In this document: positions 1 through 11,522 of the stretch, piece after piece
Position numbering within the stretch: position 1 is the first letter of the stretch
Layout of the letters: every line of letters begins with the position of its first letter
Assembly: GCA_010093705.1 (NCBI GenBank)
Contig: MU006096.1
Span: forward strand, 394,004-458,003
Length of the DNA: 64,000 bases
Direction: 5' to 3'
Source of the DNA: Patellaria atrata CBS 101060
Lineage: Eukaryota
Position numbers and translations under genes: made by a program
The notes under the pieces: generated by a model
Databases searched by the model: none
The model's input: the letters and a program-made list of their open reading frames with translations, nothing else
Told to the model about the DNA's origin: nothing

Positions 1-629
1 GATCGGAAGACATCGTGACGGTTTGAGCTGGTGCAGCTCGCGGAGTGGGGATGTTGGGTCTTGAAGGCTTCGAGGGTGGTGAATATAGACGTTTGGCTCA
101 GGATGGATCTGGCGTTGTGCTTTGCGGCTCTGTCTAATCCCCGATTGGCGCGACCTGGGAAGGCGCGGCCATGGGGCGTGGCTTTCGTAGGGGCTTGGCG
201 ATCTACCCCAGTGACAGAGGTCGAGAAAAGTCACAGACGCCAGTTTCCCTAGGCACAGCGTGATACGTACGCATCTCATCGCCTCTCTACCTTTTTACTT
301 TTCACTTCGCTCAAATGTAGACTCGTTTTGTTGCCTCCAACATCGTACATGAGTTTTTCCCGTCTGAAGTACGACTATCATAACTCCCTGTGCTTTCACC
401 CGGAGAGATGCGCTGCTCTCGTCCATAAACACCTCACAAACACAGGCCGTTCTTTCTACCTGTGAACCCGCAGCTCTCCATTGATACCTCCAAGCTCGTA
501 GAACAAAACGAACGGTCACGCCCAGCTTGGTGCACTATTCACTTCAAACGTATCCTTCCCACACCCCCTCGTCCACGGTTCCCGGCATTTGCAAACAACT
601 GATCACATTGTTGGTACATCTCATGAGAT

Positions 630-3600
630 ATGGCGCTGAGTGATGATTCATTCCCGGGTATTCAGTGTTCCATCACGTTAAGCTTATCCTTAACGCGTGT
701 GAGGATGTAGTCTGACGTTTGAGTTTTGACAGGCAAAACCGCTCCACGAATACTCGAAGACCTGTACAGTTATGATCCTCGCAGACAGCTTCCAGGTGGT
801 CGCAACATCCTAGCCGAACCTCCTCCTTTATTTGATAAAAGTGCGCCCCCAATACGCGCGGTTCCGAAAGGCTCTTGTCGACATGTCTATATGGCAAAGT
901 ACTCTCAGTCCGTCCTACCGGACCACGATATCCAAGCAAACTCGCAGACGAAGTACAAGGTGGCTGCATTCTGTCAGGAATGCCTCTCTCACGTGGACCT
1001 AACAGTAGATTATGGCCGGTCCGGTTGGCCTTTCGCCCCTTGTCCGAATACTAAATTTCCTCTACACCATTTTCTTCGAGTAGAGGCTGGCGGACAGAAT
1101 GGATCATCGTCGACGCCCGAGTTAGATGAGAATGGTACAACGTATCACTTCGTCTGTTCCGCAGAGACATGTCCGGTTGGACTGAACATACGGCTGCGAC
1201 GCAGAAGATTCAAACTCCATCATGAGGATCTTTTAACCAATCCGGTAAAACTAAAAGCCAGACTGCAGGCCGCAAAGAAACTGGACCCTCACCGCGAGGA
1301 CCTCAGAGCTGCTGAACCTCACGAGGGATTGGTTATCCTTGCTACATATTTGCTGGATTCTTTGGAACCAGCGAAAAGCAAACTGCGAATTCCCTTACTT
1401 AACCGAAAATTTCTGCAGACTTTCGGACAGGATTGCGATGAGATGTTCACGGAGCTTGGCTTCGAACGTGAAGTTGCAAGTGATAATAATAATGCAGTCT
1501 ATTGGCATCTGCCCAAAATGACGGAGGGGAGAGATCTGTTTGACCCGAAATCAGCTCGAAGTTTCGTGGAGGATATGAGGGAAGAACTACTGACGCTTGC
1601 GCATCGGAAAGTTAATGGGCCATTGCTGACGAGAAATGCCGTATGGCAACCAGAATTAGCCTTGAAAGACTTCCAACGCTGTCTTGGATGCGTCGAGTAC
1701 AAGAAAGCTCCAATTTCGCGCAGGACTCAGGATCCTTATATAGAAGACCACCCTTACTATGCTAGTTTAGGAGCAGTGAGCGATTTCGCGGATGATCTAC
1801 TCCTTTTTGCGTATGATAGACAAGTGAAGACTGACCCACGCAACTCTCCATACTACTTTGATTGCCTTGGAGGCATTGCAAAAGGACGAGAAAGTGAGGA
1901 CCTTGAATTGAAAGTCGCAACTCTCGCATCTAGCGGTCAGATCGGCCGCGAGGAAGTATTGAAAGCTTTTGCATACTTGGCGATAGACTCTAAGCATAAC
2001 ACGGCTCTTTCAGATGACAATATACTAGGGCATTACCGCGCCCGTCTTCGGGATACGCCTGAGTCGAAAGTCGGTGAATTACAACAGATGTTACGTATCA
2101 TTGGTCGTGCTCGCAACAGTGAGCTAATAATACAAGCTGCGACAAACAGTGAGTACATTCACCCAAACGATTGACAAACGAACAGTATCCTTACTCAAAT
2201 ATATTTAATCAGCTGTTGAAACATATGAGCAAGCTCTTACCTGGCTAGACGCACAAGAAACAACCCCCGATGACTTCATAGGAACACTTTATACTCTCAA
2301 AGTAGGATAATTTCTTTTACTAACAGACATTAGCTCTTCCTGTTGATAGAACTAATCAACTACAGGTTCAAGGGAACGCCAAGGAACAAGAAGTTGGACG
2401 AAAAGCTGTGGAATTGATTGCAAAGCATCGTAAAAGCGACGTTCTACATCGTTGGCTGGAGACCGGCGACATGACACAACCGGAGATGGATACAGCTCAA
2501 GCATACAGCATGTTCGAAATCGCAGATCGCGCTGCTCCACTGGATCTTCAGATCCTGGAGTACATGCGTGAAGCACGTGTTCATGATGCACCGGACAGGG
2601 AGGCAGAGATAAATTTAGCTTTCAACTTGATACAGAAGGATAAGGGCTTGATCGGACAGATCGAGATGTCTGGTTCGACGACTTTACCCACACATCCAGT
2701 CGATAAGTGGCCCGTAGGTCTTCAAAACATCGGGAATACATGCTACCTTAACAGTCTACTACAATATTATTTTACGATAAAGCCACTGAGGGAACTAGTG
2801 TTGAAGTTTGAAGATTTCAAGATGGAGCTCACTCCGGAGAATATCAGTGCAAAGAGGGTAGGAGGTCGCAGACTTACCCTGGAAGAAGCTGAGAGATCTC
2901 AATTGTGTAAGAATTCCTCACCAAATATGGGGATGCTGGTTCAACTTGCTGACAATGTTAGTCGTCGAGGAACTCAAGAAACTCTTCCAGACTATGATAA
3001 CCTCCACCCAGCACGTAGTTAGGCCTGAAACGGATCTCGCAGTTCTCACTCTACTTGATGCTGGAGAAGAAGATAAAGCGTTGAAGGATGAGGAACCGTC
3101 CCAGTCTCATACTTTAGGGAGTATCAACGGTGCACCTATCATTGGACCTATATTGCCGCCACCACTACCAAAGCGGCAACCTCCCCCCGTACCCACTGGT
3201 CCTATTCTGAGGCCCCTACCTACTTCCGACAGTTCCAGCGATACTACGCTTGTCGATAAAGACCCTGACACGGAAATGGTTGAAAAGCCACCAACATCTG
3301 ACAAGATGGATGACACTGTGCTCAGCGATAAGGGTCTACAAAGTACAAGTTCTGACGATACGAATATACCTACAGTTACGCCCCCAACCAGCAGCCAGCC
3401 AGAAGACTCTACCGGCAGTTCTTCGCCTGGTAAAGGTACAAAGGAGAGCAAGACGCAGCAAACACGAGCTACGAAGCCTGCTTCTGTCGTACTGAACAAA
3501 TTTGACGCGTCGCAACGAGACGTGACAGAAGTCATCGACAACGTCCTCTTCCAGCTTCAAGCTGCTATCAAGCCGCAAAGCATTGGTTCTAGCGGTGAAC

Positions 3601-4655
3601 AGGTTGATTTGATTAGAGAGTGAGTGGCGAGGTGTTCCCAAATTCACATTGTAAAAGCTAATATAGACAGACTGTTCTTTGGTTCCTACTTATGGCACTA
3701 CCTTGAAAATGCGAACGAAAACAAGACGGAGGCATTCAATAATATTGTCCTAAATGTTTTAGACGGTCCATGCGATATCTATACTGCTCTAGACGGCCAC
3801 TTCGACGTGGATAGTGTTGAATCAGAGCACAAAGTAATTCGTCGATTCTGTACGATTCATGATCCTATACCCCCTATACTGCAGATCTACAGCCAGAACC
3901 TCAGTTTTGATCGCGACACCGGCTCATCGACGAAGGTTGAACATCACTTGCGACTTTATGATCAAATATTTATGGACCGGTATATTTCTTCCGATAACCC
4001 TGAAATTTTGAGGCGGAGGCAAAAATCCTGGGAATGGAAGGCAGAATTAGAGCGCCTGAAAGAGAAGAAGTTAGAGCTGACCAAGACAGAAGCCGGAATG
4101 AGTATGCCCGATGTACTTGAGTCCACCTTGGATTTCATTAAAGAATTTCAAGCAGGTAAGAACGACGATGATTTGATGGATGTCGACCCCATCAGCGTAG
4201 ATAAGTCTGTTCGCACATCTTTAGAGAAGCGCGCTGCTCAAGCTCGCCAGGAGATCGAGCACTTGGATGGCAAGATCGGAGTTCTTACCACCAACTTGCA
4301 GACCCTATTCGTGGACCTCAATTCCCATTCGTATAAGCTTTTTGCAATGTTCATGCACCGTGGCAGCGCGCGAGGTGGCCACTATTTCATCTACATCAAG
4401 GACTTTGCGCGCAACCAGTGGCGGAGATATAACGATGACAGGGTAGAGGAGGTTACGAACGAAAATACCATATTTGAGCAGGAGAGAACAAAGCCACCAG
4501 CGACACCGTACTATATTGTCTATGTCCGCGAGGATAAAGTTCGGAGCCTCATTGACGCTCTGCACAGGAGGCCAGAGAGCATGGAACCAAAAGATGTGGA
4601 TATGCTAGATGTTCCGACAGAGAAGTTGGAGGTAATCGAAGGTGTTTCCCCTTGA
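630..4655 (+). CDS. UBP2: Ubiquitin carboxyl-terminal hydrolase 2 (USP/C19 family), multi-exon
   Basis: ATG at 630 and intron 658-732 give MALSDDSFPGKTAPR, joining ORFs 726-2174, 2408-3022, 2946-3623 and 3624-4655. Cys box GLQNIGNTCYLNSLLQ, QRDVTEVIDNVLFQ, His box FMHRGSARGGHYFIYIKD...WRRYND. Confidence 0.92.
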
Positions 4656-4996
4656 ACTAGGGTAAGAGAGCTGTGAGGGATGTTTTGCGTCTGGTTACGG
4701 CTGCGCTGTACGAGGAATGCGTATAGCAACTACTCGCAGATATGGATTTGTCACTTGGGTTGTGTGATTTGGCATTATTGTATACGTTTTCCTTTGAGAT
4801 ACCTAAATCCCCTAATTGCATAGCATATTTCGGTGTTGAGATGGCCCATTATGGGATGGCAGCGGGCGCATGGGAATTATGAGTGGGAGCGCTCCAACAT
4901 CATCCAGAATACAAACAAATACTGTACAATGGTGTATAGCGATTCGCGAATCAGAATTGCTTTAAATGGAATATTTGATCGGGTGCGTTGTTCAAA

Positions 4997-5007
4997 GTAA
5001 ATAAACA
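4997..5007 (+). promoter_or_regulatory. Possible overlapping forkhead-type sites (GTAAATA/ATAAACA) upstream of the ASPM-like gene
   Basis: GTAAATAAACA about 190 bp upstream of the ATG matches the RTAAAYA consensus. Short motif that could occur by chance. Confidence 0.3.
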
Positions 5008-5195
5008 TAAATCGCTGTGGTCGCATATGAGTGGATGTCATCGTTGCCCTGACAGTGCTAGGAGCTTGTGCCAAGACAAACACAGACTATATGTGAACAA
5101 TTACCTTATATCCCGACTCACGACTCGCTCCCCATCAGGACAAATTTCATGGCACGACAATCTATGTTCTTCCCTTCTCAAACAAGATTATAAGT

Positions 5196-8100
5196 ATGTA
5201 CGGTTATCCTAATACAACACCGTGTCCTGTCTCTTATGGAGTTCCACAAGCTACTGGGCTCTATTATCAAAACTATGCATCAAGCTTGAACGCACCATAT
5301 CAGACGCAAAACACGCTGTATCCCCTCGATGAAACGGGAGGATTAGAATACACAACGGAACTCCAATCACAATTGCGCAATGTAAAGCCCAGACGACCTC
5401 TAGGACAACGTCGAAAATCGACCTTCGACCCGATCACAGATATATGTAAGGACGGACATGAGTTGTCGCAAGCTCCCGAGCGGAAATCACGAAGAGTTTC
5501 GACTGCGCTTCGTGAAGATGGAAAGAGATCAAGCACTATACTCGCGAATCCAGCACAGAGAATATCTCTGGTTCCTGCTGATAAACATGAACCTAAGCGG
5601 GAACCAACGACCCGCCGTAGACGTGTCTCGGCACTGCTCGAAGATCGAGACGCAGAGAGCAAATATGAAGGGTTGGAGGGTGAAGAAGATCGACTATCGG
5701 AGCTCAAGAAGAACCCCAGAAGAAGGACAATCTACGTGCCAAGCGACGACACTACAATCATGACGATTCATCCTGGCGCGCATACACATCATACAAGAAG
5801 TAGAATGGAGGATGATACTATCATGAGGATGAATTCTGCAGCATCAACTCGCAAGATGCGTAATGCAAGAGACAGGTCGCCAGATCTAGGGTTTGATCTT
5901 GTCACTCTATCGGAAGAGGAGCCGGATAGTCTCATCTCTGCAATGCGCAAGAAACCCACTCGGAAATCACTCGCTGCCCCTCCAAAGAGGGGCCCTCTAC
6001 AGCTTTCATCTCGCTCACATCAGACGGTTACCTTCGCAGATGATGTCATGGGTCAAGGTGGTGGAAAGGAGAACATACCCCCTGGAATGTCAGCGGTGAA
6101 GAACAGGAAGCACATTGAAGTAGATGAAGGAGCAAAAGTCAAGGCTCAGAATCAAAGACACCCCTCTGAAGCGCCAGTGCGGCCAGAAAAGCCACCGCGA
6201 ACCCTCGCAGAATCTACTTCGATTAAAGTGTCGCGAGAAGCCAGCAAGAAGAGACCAAATTTGGAGACCTCCCTTGATACTTCTCCTGCGAAGACGTTGA
6301 AAATACGCGCATCCGCAACCGCAAGCACATCACCTCCAATAGAAAACTCTACCAGGAAATCTTCTGTCCGGAAAGCCGCTCTATCGTCGCCGTATGCTTC
6401 GAAATCCGCCAGGTCCCCGCCTCAAGCGCTCCGACAACAAAAGAAAGAGTCTGTACCCTCTAAACTCAGCGTACCTTTGATCGTACAAAAGGCACAACAA
6501 CAACAAGAGAAATATCCGGCGTTGAAAGAAGATCTTTCCCGACCTCAAATGTACGAGGATAATTGGCTTCAGCATCAAGAGGTTGCTCTTACCCAGCTCA
6601 TCAATGCATTGTTCGACACAGCACAACAACAGTGGGTCGATCCTGACCATAGAACTGCTAGCACATTGAGAGGCAAGCTCCTCAAAATTTATCATGATAA
6701 CTCATTCTCGCTCCTACATAAACGCCTTCAAGCTTCGTTGATGTATGGCGCCTTGAGCATCCCGAAAGACGTTCTGACAAATACACTCCGTCTCAAAGAC
6801 GATCTCGGTCTCCGTCGCAAGTTTTTAAATTTATGGGTCGATACATACGATTATACTGTCTTAAAGGCCGCCCTGGAATCAGTTGTTGGTCGCGAAATCC
6901 CTGTTTCCTCGAGGCTCTCCGGCACTTCGACAAGCTCTGAAGATGATGAGCGTTATCACCGGAGGGAGAAGAAGAGCATTGAAAACTTCATTGATACGTT
7001 TCTCATCCGCAACGAAGACGCTGTGAAGCTTAATACTGGCGTCGGATCAATCACAAACATCGCTAGAGGGGAACATAAGACAGATGATTTTGGATCTCAC
7101 GGCTGGTCCTGGCGACGCACCGTCCTGAAGAGTCTTATGCTTGTTTTACTTCTCGACAAGGCTAAAACTACCGATACTTTCAAAGATTGCTTGTTTAAGA
7201 CTGGCTCCTTACACAAGTCATCGACTACAGTACTGCAAGCACTAGCTAAGGACCTGCTTCCATCAGTCGGAGATATTACTCGCCCCCTCAGTCATCTCAA
7301 CTATCAAGTATCTTGTGTCCAGTACCCATTGGAGGAGTATAAGTACCATATCGCAAACATGGCAACTGATCTTCGGGATGGCGTTGTCCTTACGCGCATC
7401 GTAGAGCTCCTCCTTTACACGCCTTCAACTTTAGCAACCCAGCGGGATGAAACGGTTACAGTTACTATGCCCTCTGGCGAACTGCTTACCTCTGCCTTCG
7501 ACCTAGGCCAGAAGGAGAGCTGGGTTCTTTCTAAACATCTGAAATTACCAAGCATCGGTCGCGCCCAAAAGCTGTACAATGTTCAAATTGCACTGAGTGC
7601 CCTCGAAGGTGTTAAGGGCCCGGCGGGCAAAATCGCCAAAGAGATCACGGCCGAGGATATTGTTGACGGTCATAGGGAGAGAACCTTAAGTCTCCTCTGG
7701 GGTCTCGTTGGCAAGTGCGGATTAGAGCAACTCGTCGATTGGAAAGAAGTAGAGAGGGAAGTCGCACACTTCAAGTCCCTCTACCGAGAGCAACACAGGG
7801 CATTTCAAGAAGATGAAGACTCCCCTTCCTCGGCATCTTCTGACGATGAGCGCGCTCCAGCTCTCTCTACCTTCAAGCGCCACACCAATCTTCTCCAAAC
7901 CTGGGCCGCCTCCATCGCATGCCTCAAAGGTCTCCGCGTTACTAATCTCACGACTTCCTTCACCAACAACAAAGTCCTCGAAGCGATAGTCGACGCATAC
8001 CTCCCCTGCTTCCCCTCCACACACACCAATCCCCACCTTTCCTCCTCAGCATCAACGACCCCAGCATCATCAACCCGCTCCCACCGCCTCACCCTCCAAA

Positions 8101-8624
8101 CAAAACTCAAGTCCATCGGCTGCAGCACCGCCTTCATTTCGCTCCTCGTCCCGACACCCACCCGCTCCTTCTCATCCTCTTACTACGCGCCCGTCAACTC
8201 CGCAATCGCATTCACACCCTCCCACGACTTTACCCTCACATCCCTCGCCTTCCTCGCCTCGCGCCTCCTCCCCGCCGCCCGCGCCCACCGCGCTGCGACA
8301 TCCATCCAGCGCCTCTACCGCCACCGCCTCGCCAAGCGCGAAGTTGCCAAACGGGTCGCCCTCATGCGTCTCGCGCACCAGTGCACACTAGTAGTCAAGA
8401 CGAGGGCGCGCGTCGTCGGTGCCGCTGTCGTGCTGCAGAGGGCTTGGAGGAGGTGTCTGGACCGCCGGATCGCGGGCTTGGTCAGGGATGTCACGGTCGT
8501 GCAAACTCTGGTTAGGGGATGGCGGGTTAGGAGGGAGGTTGGGCGGAAGTTGATGCTCGGTGGATTGGGCATGAGGGGTGGGACGTGGAGGAGGGGGAGG
8601 GACATGGTTAGGGGTGGATGGTAG
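5196..8624 (+). CDS. ASPM/abnormal-spindle-like protein (calponin-homology domain + IQ motifs)
   Basis: Single 1142-aa ORF. CH-domain motifs DLRDGVVLTRIVELL, RAQKLYNVQIALSAL and ITAEDIVDGHRERTLSLLW. C-terminal IQ-like repeats AATSIQRLYR, AAVVLQRAWR and VQTLVRGWRVR. Confidence 0.85.
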   Translation: MYGYPNTTPCPVSYGVPQATGLYYQNYASSLNAPYQTQNTLYPLDETGGLEYTTELQSQLRNVKPRRPLGQRRKSTFDPITDICKDGHELSQAPERKSRRVSTALREDGKRSSTILANPAQRISLVPADKHEPKREPTTRRRRVSALLEDRDAESKYEGLEGEEDRLSELKKNPRRRTIYVPSDDTTIMTIHPGAHTHHTRSRMEDDTIMRMNSAASTRKMRNARDRSPDLGFDLVTLSEEEPDSLISAMRKKPTRKSLAAPPKRGPLQLSSRSHQTVTFADDVMGQGGGKENIPPGMSAVKNRKHIEVDEGAKVKAQNQRHPSEAPVRPEKPPRTLAESTSIKVSREASKKRPNLETSLDTSPAKTLKIRASATASTSPPIENSTRKSSVRKAALSSPYASKSARSPPQALRQQKKESVPSKLSVPLIVQKAQQQQEKYPALKEDLSRPQMYEDNWLQHQEVALTQLINALFDTAQQQWVDPDHRTASTLRGKLLKIYHDNSFSLLHKRLQASLMYGALSIPKDVLTNTLRLKDDLGLRRKFLNLWVDTYDYTVLKAALESVVGREIPVSSRLSGTSTSSEDDERYHRREKKSIENFIDTFLIRNEDAVKLNTGVGSITNIARGEHKTDDFGSHGWSWRRTVLKSLMLVLLLDKAKTTDTFKDCLFKTGSLHKSSTTVLQALAKDLLPSVGDITRPLSHLNYQVSCVQYPLEEYKYHIANMATDLRDGVVLTRIVELLLYTPSTLATQRDETVTVTMPSGELLTSAFDLGQKESWVLSKHLKLPSIGRAQKLYNVQIALSALEGVKGPAGKIAKEITAEDIVDGHRERTLSLLWGLVGKCGLEQLVDWKEVEREVAHFKSLYREQHRAFQEDEDSPSSASSDDERAPALSTFKRHTNLLQTWAASIACLKGLRVTNLTTSFTNNKVLEAIVDAYLPCFPSTHTNPHLSSSASTTPASSTRSHRLTLQTKLKSIGCSTAFISLLVPTPTRSFSSSYYAPVNSAIAFTPSHDFTLTSLAFLASRLLPAARAHRAATSIQRLYRHRLAKREVAKRVALMRLAHQCTLVVKTRARVVGAAVVLQRAWRRCLDRRIAGLVRDVTVVQTLVRGWRVRREVGRKLMLGGLGMRGGTWRRGRDMVRGGW

Positions 8625-9230
8625 AGGTTTGAGCGGTTATGTGGATCTTGTGTTTTCTTTCTTACTTTCCTTCCTTTACTTTCCTGTTGGATTGTTTCTT
8701 CTTGCTTTACATATTCGGTTGGGTATAGGTGTACCCCGGTTCGGGATTGGTATATGGATGGTGTGCTTGGATATCTCTGTGCGTTTGGACATAGACACAG
8801 AGTCTGTAGTGACATGGCAAATTGTCAGGCAGACCTGAGGGGCTTGCACAGTATTTATCAGGATCAGTCGATGCTTGATGGGCTGATTGTTGTGCTTTCC
8901 CGATAGTTTCTCTTGGTACTCTTAGATAGATTTATGAACTCAATAATGTTGGTTGATACTCTCTGCCCTCCTTCTGTCTCCGTATTGTCTACCTATACAG
9001 TAGCCTACAATCTAAGCTGACGTTACTCGAAAAAGAAAAACAAACACAACAACGAGAGAACAGGTAAAGTCAGAAATCCCTAAGTGCCCCAAAACGCCTA
9101 GCACGCTAGAACGCCCGCAATGTACTTTCGGTCTTCAAGCCAACCAACGAAAACAACAAGGACACACCCTTGAAAACCAGAGAACATATTTACGGGAGGA
9201 AAGAGCCACTCCACTTATTCAGCATCTTCG

Positions 9231-11018
9231 TTATCCCTCTTCCCTGCGACTCGCAGTCATAACTCCCGGCCTCTCCATATGCGCCGCGACCTCCGCAACA
9301 CTTATGGCACTCTCCCCCGCTTTCTCCAGCCCCATCCCTAACATGCGTCTCGCAAGTTCCTTTTGGCCATCTCCTTGCTCCTTGTCAGGACTCAGGTGGC
9401 CGTTGCCATTATAAGTCGCGTGGGTGGGGCTGAGTGTTTTGGTATCTCCGCTCTTCTTCTCAGACTTCGTTCCATTCTTGCCGTTTATGTGAGATTGCCG
9501 TCGCGGAGGTGGTGGTGCGGGCGCGGATGCGGGTACAGTTGTAGGGGCGGTTACGGTAACAGGGATGTGATCTTGGAGCCACTCGACGGCCATACATCGC
9601 TTGACGAGCCGGACTGTGGTTTCGTCGACAGGAGCAAAATGCCATGAGGTTGTACCGGAACTATTGCGGCCGCGTAGGATTCGGAGGCATTTTAGTACTT
9701 CATGACACTTGTAGTGCGCGTCCTCGCACCTGAGCTGGCTGTTCGCTAGTAGAGGGTGTAGGACACGGAGGTAGGTGTGTCTAAGGGCATCTTCGCGTTC
9801 GTTGCCACTAGGTAGGTCGAGAAGGTTGCGGAGGATGACGTCGAGAAGAACGTGCAGGTCGTTAGTATAGAAGTACTCGGCCGTCGACTCAGACTGGAAG
9901 AGGAGGTAGAGGAGCTTCAGAATGAGGAGCTGTAATGAAGTTTCGGATTCTCGGTTGAGGAGGAGGATGAGGTTTTCCCCGAAGGTCTTGTAGGCGTTGC
10001 CATGCGTGGAAAAGGCTTTGATAATTCGGTTTGTGAGAGGAGTCGAATTGGGGAGCGTGGAGGTGACCATGTATTGTTCGTTCAGAACGAGCAGGACACG
10101 GATAACGGGGTAATGATAGGGGTCGTTAACGTCATTCGACAACTCTTCAATTATGCGGAAGAGATAGAGCACGAAAGCATCATCAATAGTAGCTGTTGGA
10201 CGTATCAGTACAGCCCGTCACATGTAGCGCACTCTACCTCGGATGCTACCAGCGTACTCACATAGATCTTCCCAGGATAATCTCTGTATTCTGGACATTT
10301 CATATAGTAGCTCTAGTAGCAACTTATGTAGCCCCATGTCTTCTTCCCTAGAACTATCCTTGACGAGTTCTACCAACTTTGGAAACGCGCTCTCTACACG
10401 CATCATCTGGAATAGATCTTCGTCTTCACGACCATCGAAGAGAAGAAAGGAGGAGACCACATGGAGGGTCTTGGCATCGTCTTCCTAGACCCCATCCATC
10501 AGATATATTGAACGAATATAACTAATATGCTTATCACTAACCTGTAAGAGACAGTAGATGAACTGTCGTCTCACGTATTCCTTATGCGCGCGAAATATAC
10601 GGGATTCGAGTAGCTTATATGAGCAGCGAGCAATGTCATATTCGGACTTAAGGTATTCCTCTATGCGAGTCAACCACAGTGTTCTTCATTTGCCAATATT
10701 ATTCCTACTCTTGTAGCTTCCTACATTGTCTCTTCGTGTTGAAATCGTTGGACATACCTTTGAAGGTTGTGGTGAAGTGTAAGTATGACCTCAGGGCATT
10801 ATCGATGAGTTCGCACGTTTCGCACTGACCCGCGACGATATCGTCAAGCTCTATGAGGTGACCAGTTAGTCCCTTGTATACCAGATATTGGAAATATAGG
10901 CCTTGCAAGGCGCATCAAGGTCTCAGACAGATACCCGGCGCCCGCAGAGGAGAAGTAGTAACTTACCGTCCCAAAACTGTTGTTCGTTATCCAGGCTGTA
11001 AGAGACGTTGAATTCCAT
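9231..11018 (-). CDS. LDB17: Ldb17/SPIN90-type Arp2/3 activator, multi-exon
   Basis: Start [17 protein letters not shown] at 11018 followed by a GTAAGT donor. Later exons contain [44 protein letters not shown] and [22 protein letters not shown]. Confidence 0.85.
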
Positions 11019-11522
11019 TCTAAAGCTTGCGATATGAAAGCCAGATACATGGTCAGCCTTGCTTGCCCTGAGAACTGTACGATCTCATGAGGTGAGTAAA
11101 ATGCTGGCTAAAGTTTAGTGGCGGAGGGAAGTAGATGCAAGTGTGATGCGGGCATATGTTGCTACACTGAGATGTGGTTGCTGCGGTTTATCGAGGGGCA
11201 AAACACCAGAGCACTACCGTAAATGCGGAAGGTAGAGCCAGTGAACAGTCAAAAGTACTTCTCATATATCCGTAAGTATTTGTAAACATCTTATTCTTCA
11301 ATTCTGTCGTTGCAGATTGCAGTCGGTCGTACAGTGTTTATTATTCGAAGTTTTACTACTTGTGAAAGAATATCCCAGGACTCCCAAAAATGCTCCAAGG
11401 CCATTCTGCCCTTTTCCCAGCAACCAAAACGCCCAAATCTTTACTACAAGAAACACTGATTCGAAGACCAATGGTACAAGAAATTAGTAAATTCCTCAAG
11501 ATTACGAGGACGAAGTTTCTAT

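Noticed and set aside
4941..4952. Perfect 12-bp palindrome GATTCGCGAATC
   Set aside because: A palindrome of this length is expected by chance several times in 64 kb, and there is no supporting context.
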